Assembly: GCF_006345805.1 (NCBI RefSeq)
Contig: NC_043018.1
Coordinates: forward strand, 4,588,001 to 4,652,000
From: Octopus sinensis
Taxonomy: Eukaryota
DNA: 64,000 nt
Reading direction: 5' to 3'
Shown: piece by piece, positions 61,705 to 64,000 of the stretch
Position numbering within the stretch: the stretch's first letter is position 1
Layout of the letters: every line of letters starts with the position of its first letter
Made by a program: the position numbers and the translations under genes
Notes under the pieces: generated by a model
Database searches by the model: none
What the model saw: only the letters and a program-made list of their open reading frames with translations
What the model was told of the DNA's origin: nothing

Positions 61705-62935
61705 CTTAGAACCATCATGGCATCTGATGTGGTGGCTTTTTAAACCAAACAATGTTCTGAAAAGACACCCACAAAGATTGCATATCTGATTTGGACCACC
61801 AAGAGCTGCAGATAAGTTTTGATCTTTGTGGATCTTAAAATGTCTTTTGAGGCCTCCGTTAGATTTGCAAACCCTCTGGCATACACTGCATTCAAAGGTG
61901 TGTATATACATATAGGCAGAATAGTTGGTGGAGCTTCATTTTCTGTGGCTTTGCAAATGAGATTTGAGCCCAGCGAAAGAAAGGCATGGTCTGTCACAAA
62001 CTGTGCTCACAAAAAGGTCATTGTGATTCACCTTCTTGATCGTTACATTCTTCCTTAAATCTCTCTTGAGTCTTGCATGCGTAATCCTGGCCTCTTCAAA
62101 CTCTTTCACTCCACTCCACACTTTTGTTCGCCATCCAGCTCAATCCGAAGCAAGGGTTTCTATGTCCTCTGGATCCATTCCAAGTGACTTCATAGTAGTG
62201 CTAATACTGTCCTTAAACATTTTTTTAGGTTTATGCCGATAGCGTTTCCCTTCCGCTTGCTCACCATAAAACAGCTGTTTGGGCGTGCGTTCATTTGCCA
62301 TTCGAACAATATGGCCACACCATCTCATTTGGTTCCTCAAAACCATAGCTTTAATTGAGGTGATGCCTGCAGATGCAAGGACATCTGTGTTTGGAGTAAA
62401 AGAACTCCATTTAATGTTTAAAATGTGATGAAGGCATTTTTGGTGGAATTGTTCTAACAATTTGAAATGTCCTTCATAACAAGTCCATGTTTCACAAGAA
62501 TACAACAGGGATGGTAAGACAAACGATTTGTAAAGAGACAGCTTTGTTTTCTCATTTATATGTTGCTGGCACCAAATGTGCGACTCCAAGTCACCAAATT
62601 CTTTTGCTACCCTTTGAATTCGCAGCTGTATTTCTGTATCAAAATTTCCATCATTTTGTACAGAGATTCCAAGGTAGAGGAACGAATCAACAACCTCAAG
62701 TAACTTAACCTTAACAAAAATTTTAGTGGGGCTACAAACAGCACCACACACAGGTTGATGCATTACAACTGTTTTTTTCAAGTTGATGGTCAAGCCAAAA
62801 TCATCACAAGTTGAGTCAAATACAGATACAACAGATTGCAGACCTGTTTTAAAATCACTGACAAGATCGCAATCGTCAGCATATAAAAGTTCCCTAATGA
62901 GTGAAATAAAAGCCTTCGTTTTGAATTTCAGAGAG
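61705..62935 (-). mobile_element. 5'-truncated RTE-clade (BovB-like) LINE with C-terminal C2H2 fingers
   Basis: IRELLYADDC...FGLTINLKKTVVMHQP...VDSFLYLG...LYKSFVLPSLLYSCETW...QMRWCGHIVRM..ERTPKQLFYGE; downstream C-x2-C-x12-H-x3/4-H motifs. Confidence 0.88.
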
Positions 62936-63012
62936 AGAGGGGTGGGGATAGTGAAGCAGATAAACATAATTAGGCCAGATATATATAAATATATATATAT
63001 ATATATATTAAT

Positions 63013-64000
63013 TAATAAGGGTGAGAGAATTAGATACTAATTAATAGTATATCTATTCTACACCAAGTGGCCTAGTGCTCCGAGAAACCTGGATTATTAT
63101 AATATTTTATAATATATTATAATATTTTTACAAAATAAATATAAGAGAGTGGTCACTATATGGCTCACTCTAGCACCAGTTAATCCAAAAGGTTTCAACC
63201 ACAAAAATACATGTTTCCCATGAAAGTCAGTACGATTGTTAGCTCACACGGACAGGGCAAATAAAAAATAACAAAAATACAGATTATTTTGGGACAATTG
63301 TTTCGCTATTAATGAATTAAATGTAATATTACTTACAAAAAAATCCACTTGTAGCTCCTCAGCCAAAACTATCTGGATGAAATCCACTCAATCACACACC
63401 AGATTTTACCATAACGATAAATACGCGTGTGGTTCAATTGATTACATCCGACGTTATAATTCAAATGCCCCAACTAACAGCGCGCCAAATTTTCACGGAA
63501 AACAAATACAGCATTAGAAATAAATGCAGCATAATTATAATTAATAATAAGGGTGAGAGAATTAGATACTAATTTAATAGTATATCTATTCTACACCAAG
63601 TGGCCTAGTGCTCCGAGAAACCTGGATTATTATAATATTTTATAATATATTATAATATTTTTACAAAATAAATATAAGAGAGTGGTCACTATATGGCTCA
63701 CTCTAGCACCAGTTAATCCAAAAGGTTTCAACCACAAAAATACATGTTTCCCATGAAAGTCAGTACGATTGTTAGCTCACACGGACAGGGCAAATAAAAA
63801 ATAACAAAAATACAGATTATTTTGGGACAATGTTTCGCTATTAATGAATTAAATGTAATTTACTTACAAAAAAATCCACTTGTAGCTCCTCAGCCAAAAC
63901 TATCTGGATGAAATCCACTCAATCACACACCAGATTTTACCATAACGATAAATACGCGTGTGGTCAATTGATTACATCCGACGTTATAATTCAAATGCCC
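63013..64000. repeat. Tandem repeat with a 532-bp unit (one full and one edge-truncated copy)
   Basis: GGGTGAGAGAATTAG occurs at 63019 and 63551. The copies differ by 4 single-base indels and I saw no substitutions. Confidence 0.93.

Overview
AT-rich eukaryotic DNA, very probably an octopus (cephalopod) genome. This is inferred from the dense (CA)n/(AT)n/(AAT)n microsatellites and three abundant SINE-like repeat families. Two conserved spliced genes lie head-to-tail on the minus strand. The first is DARS2 (mitochondrial aspartyl-tRNA synthetase): 13 coding exons traced from 61037 to the stop at 15975, all with GT-AG sites and a continuous reading frame; its 5' exons were not found in the window. 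The second is DNAAF5/HEATR2: its first two coding exons, 3192 down to 392. The largest DARS2 intron (28755-45251) holds an antisense nested gene with a single coding exon. It encodes a ~949-aa LRR transmembrane receptor with a Toll-like-receptor-type ectodomain, no TIR domain and a Tyr-rich tail. The rest is mostly transposon remnants: Tx1/L1, RTE, CR1, CRE, Hero and R4/Dong-type non-LTR elements, a Chapaev-like DNA transposon and LTR-like repeats. Unusual non-coding structure includes two minimal hammerhead-ribozyme motifs (one on a tRNA-headed SINE flanked by an inverted copy of its own tail), a 99-bp-arm near-perfect hairpin, an 18-bp target-site duplication where a Tx1 LINE interrupts an LTR-like repeat, a 225-bp 99%-identical duplication bracketing two DARS2 exons, a 28x20-bp palindromic minisatellite and a 532-bp tandem unit at the right edge. 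All calls come from reading the sequence and recalling family motifs; no database search was run.
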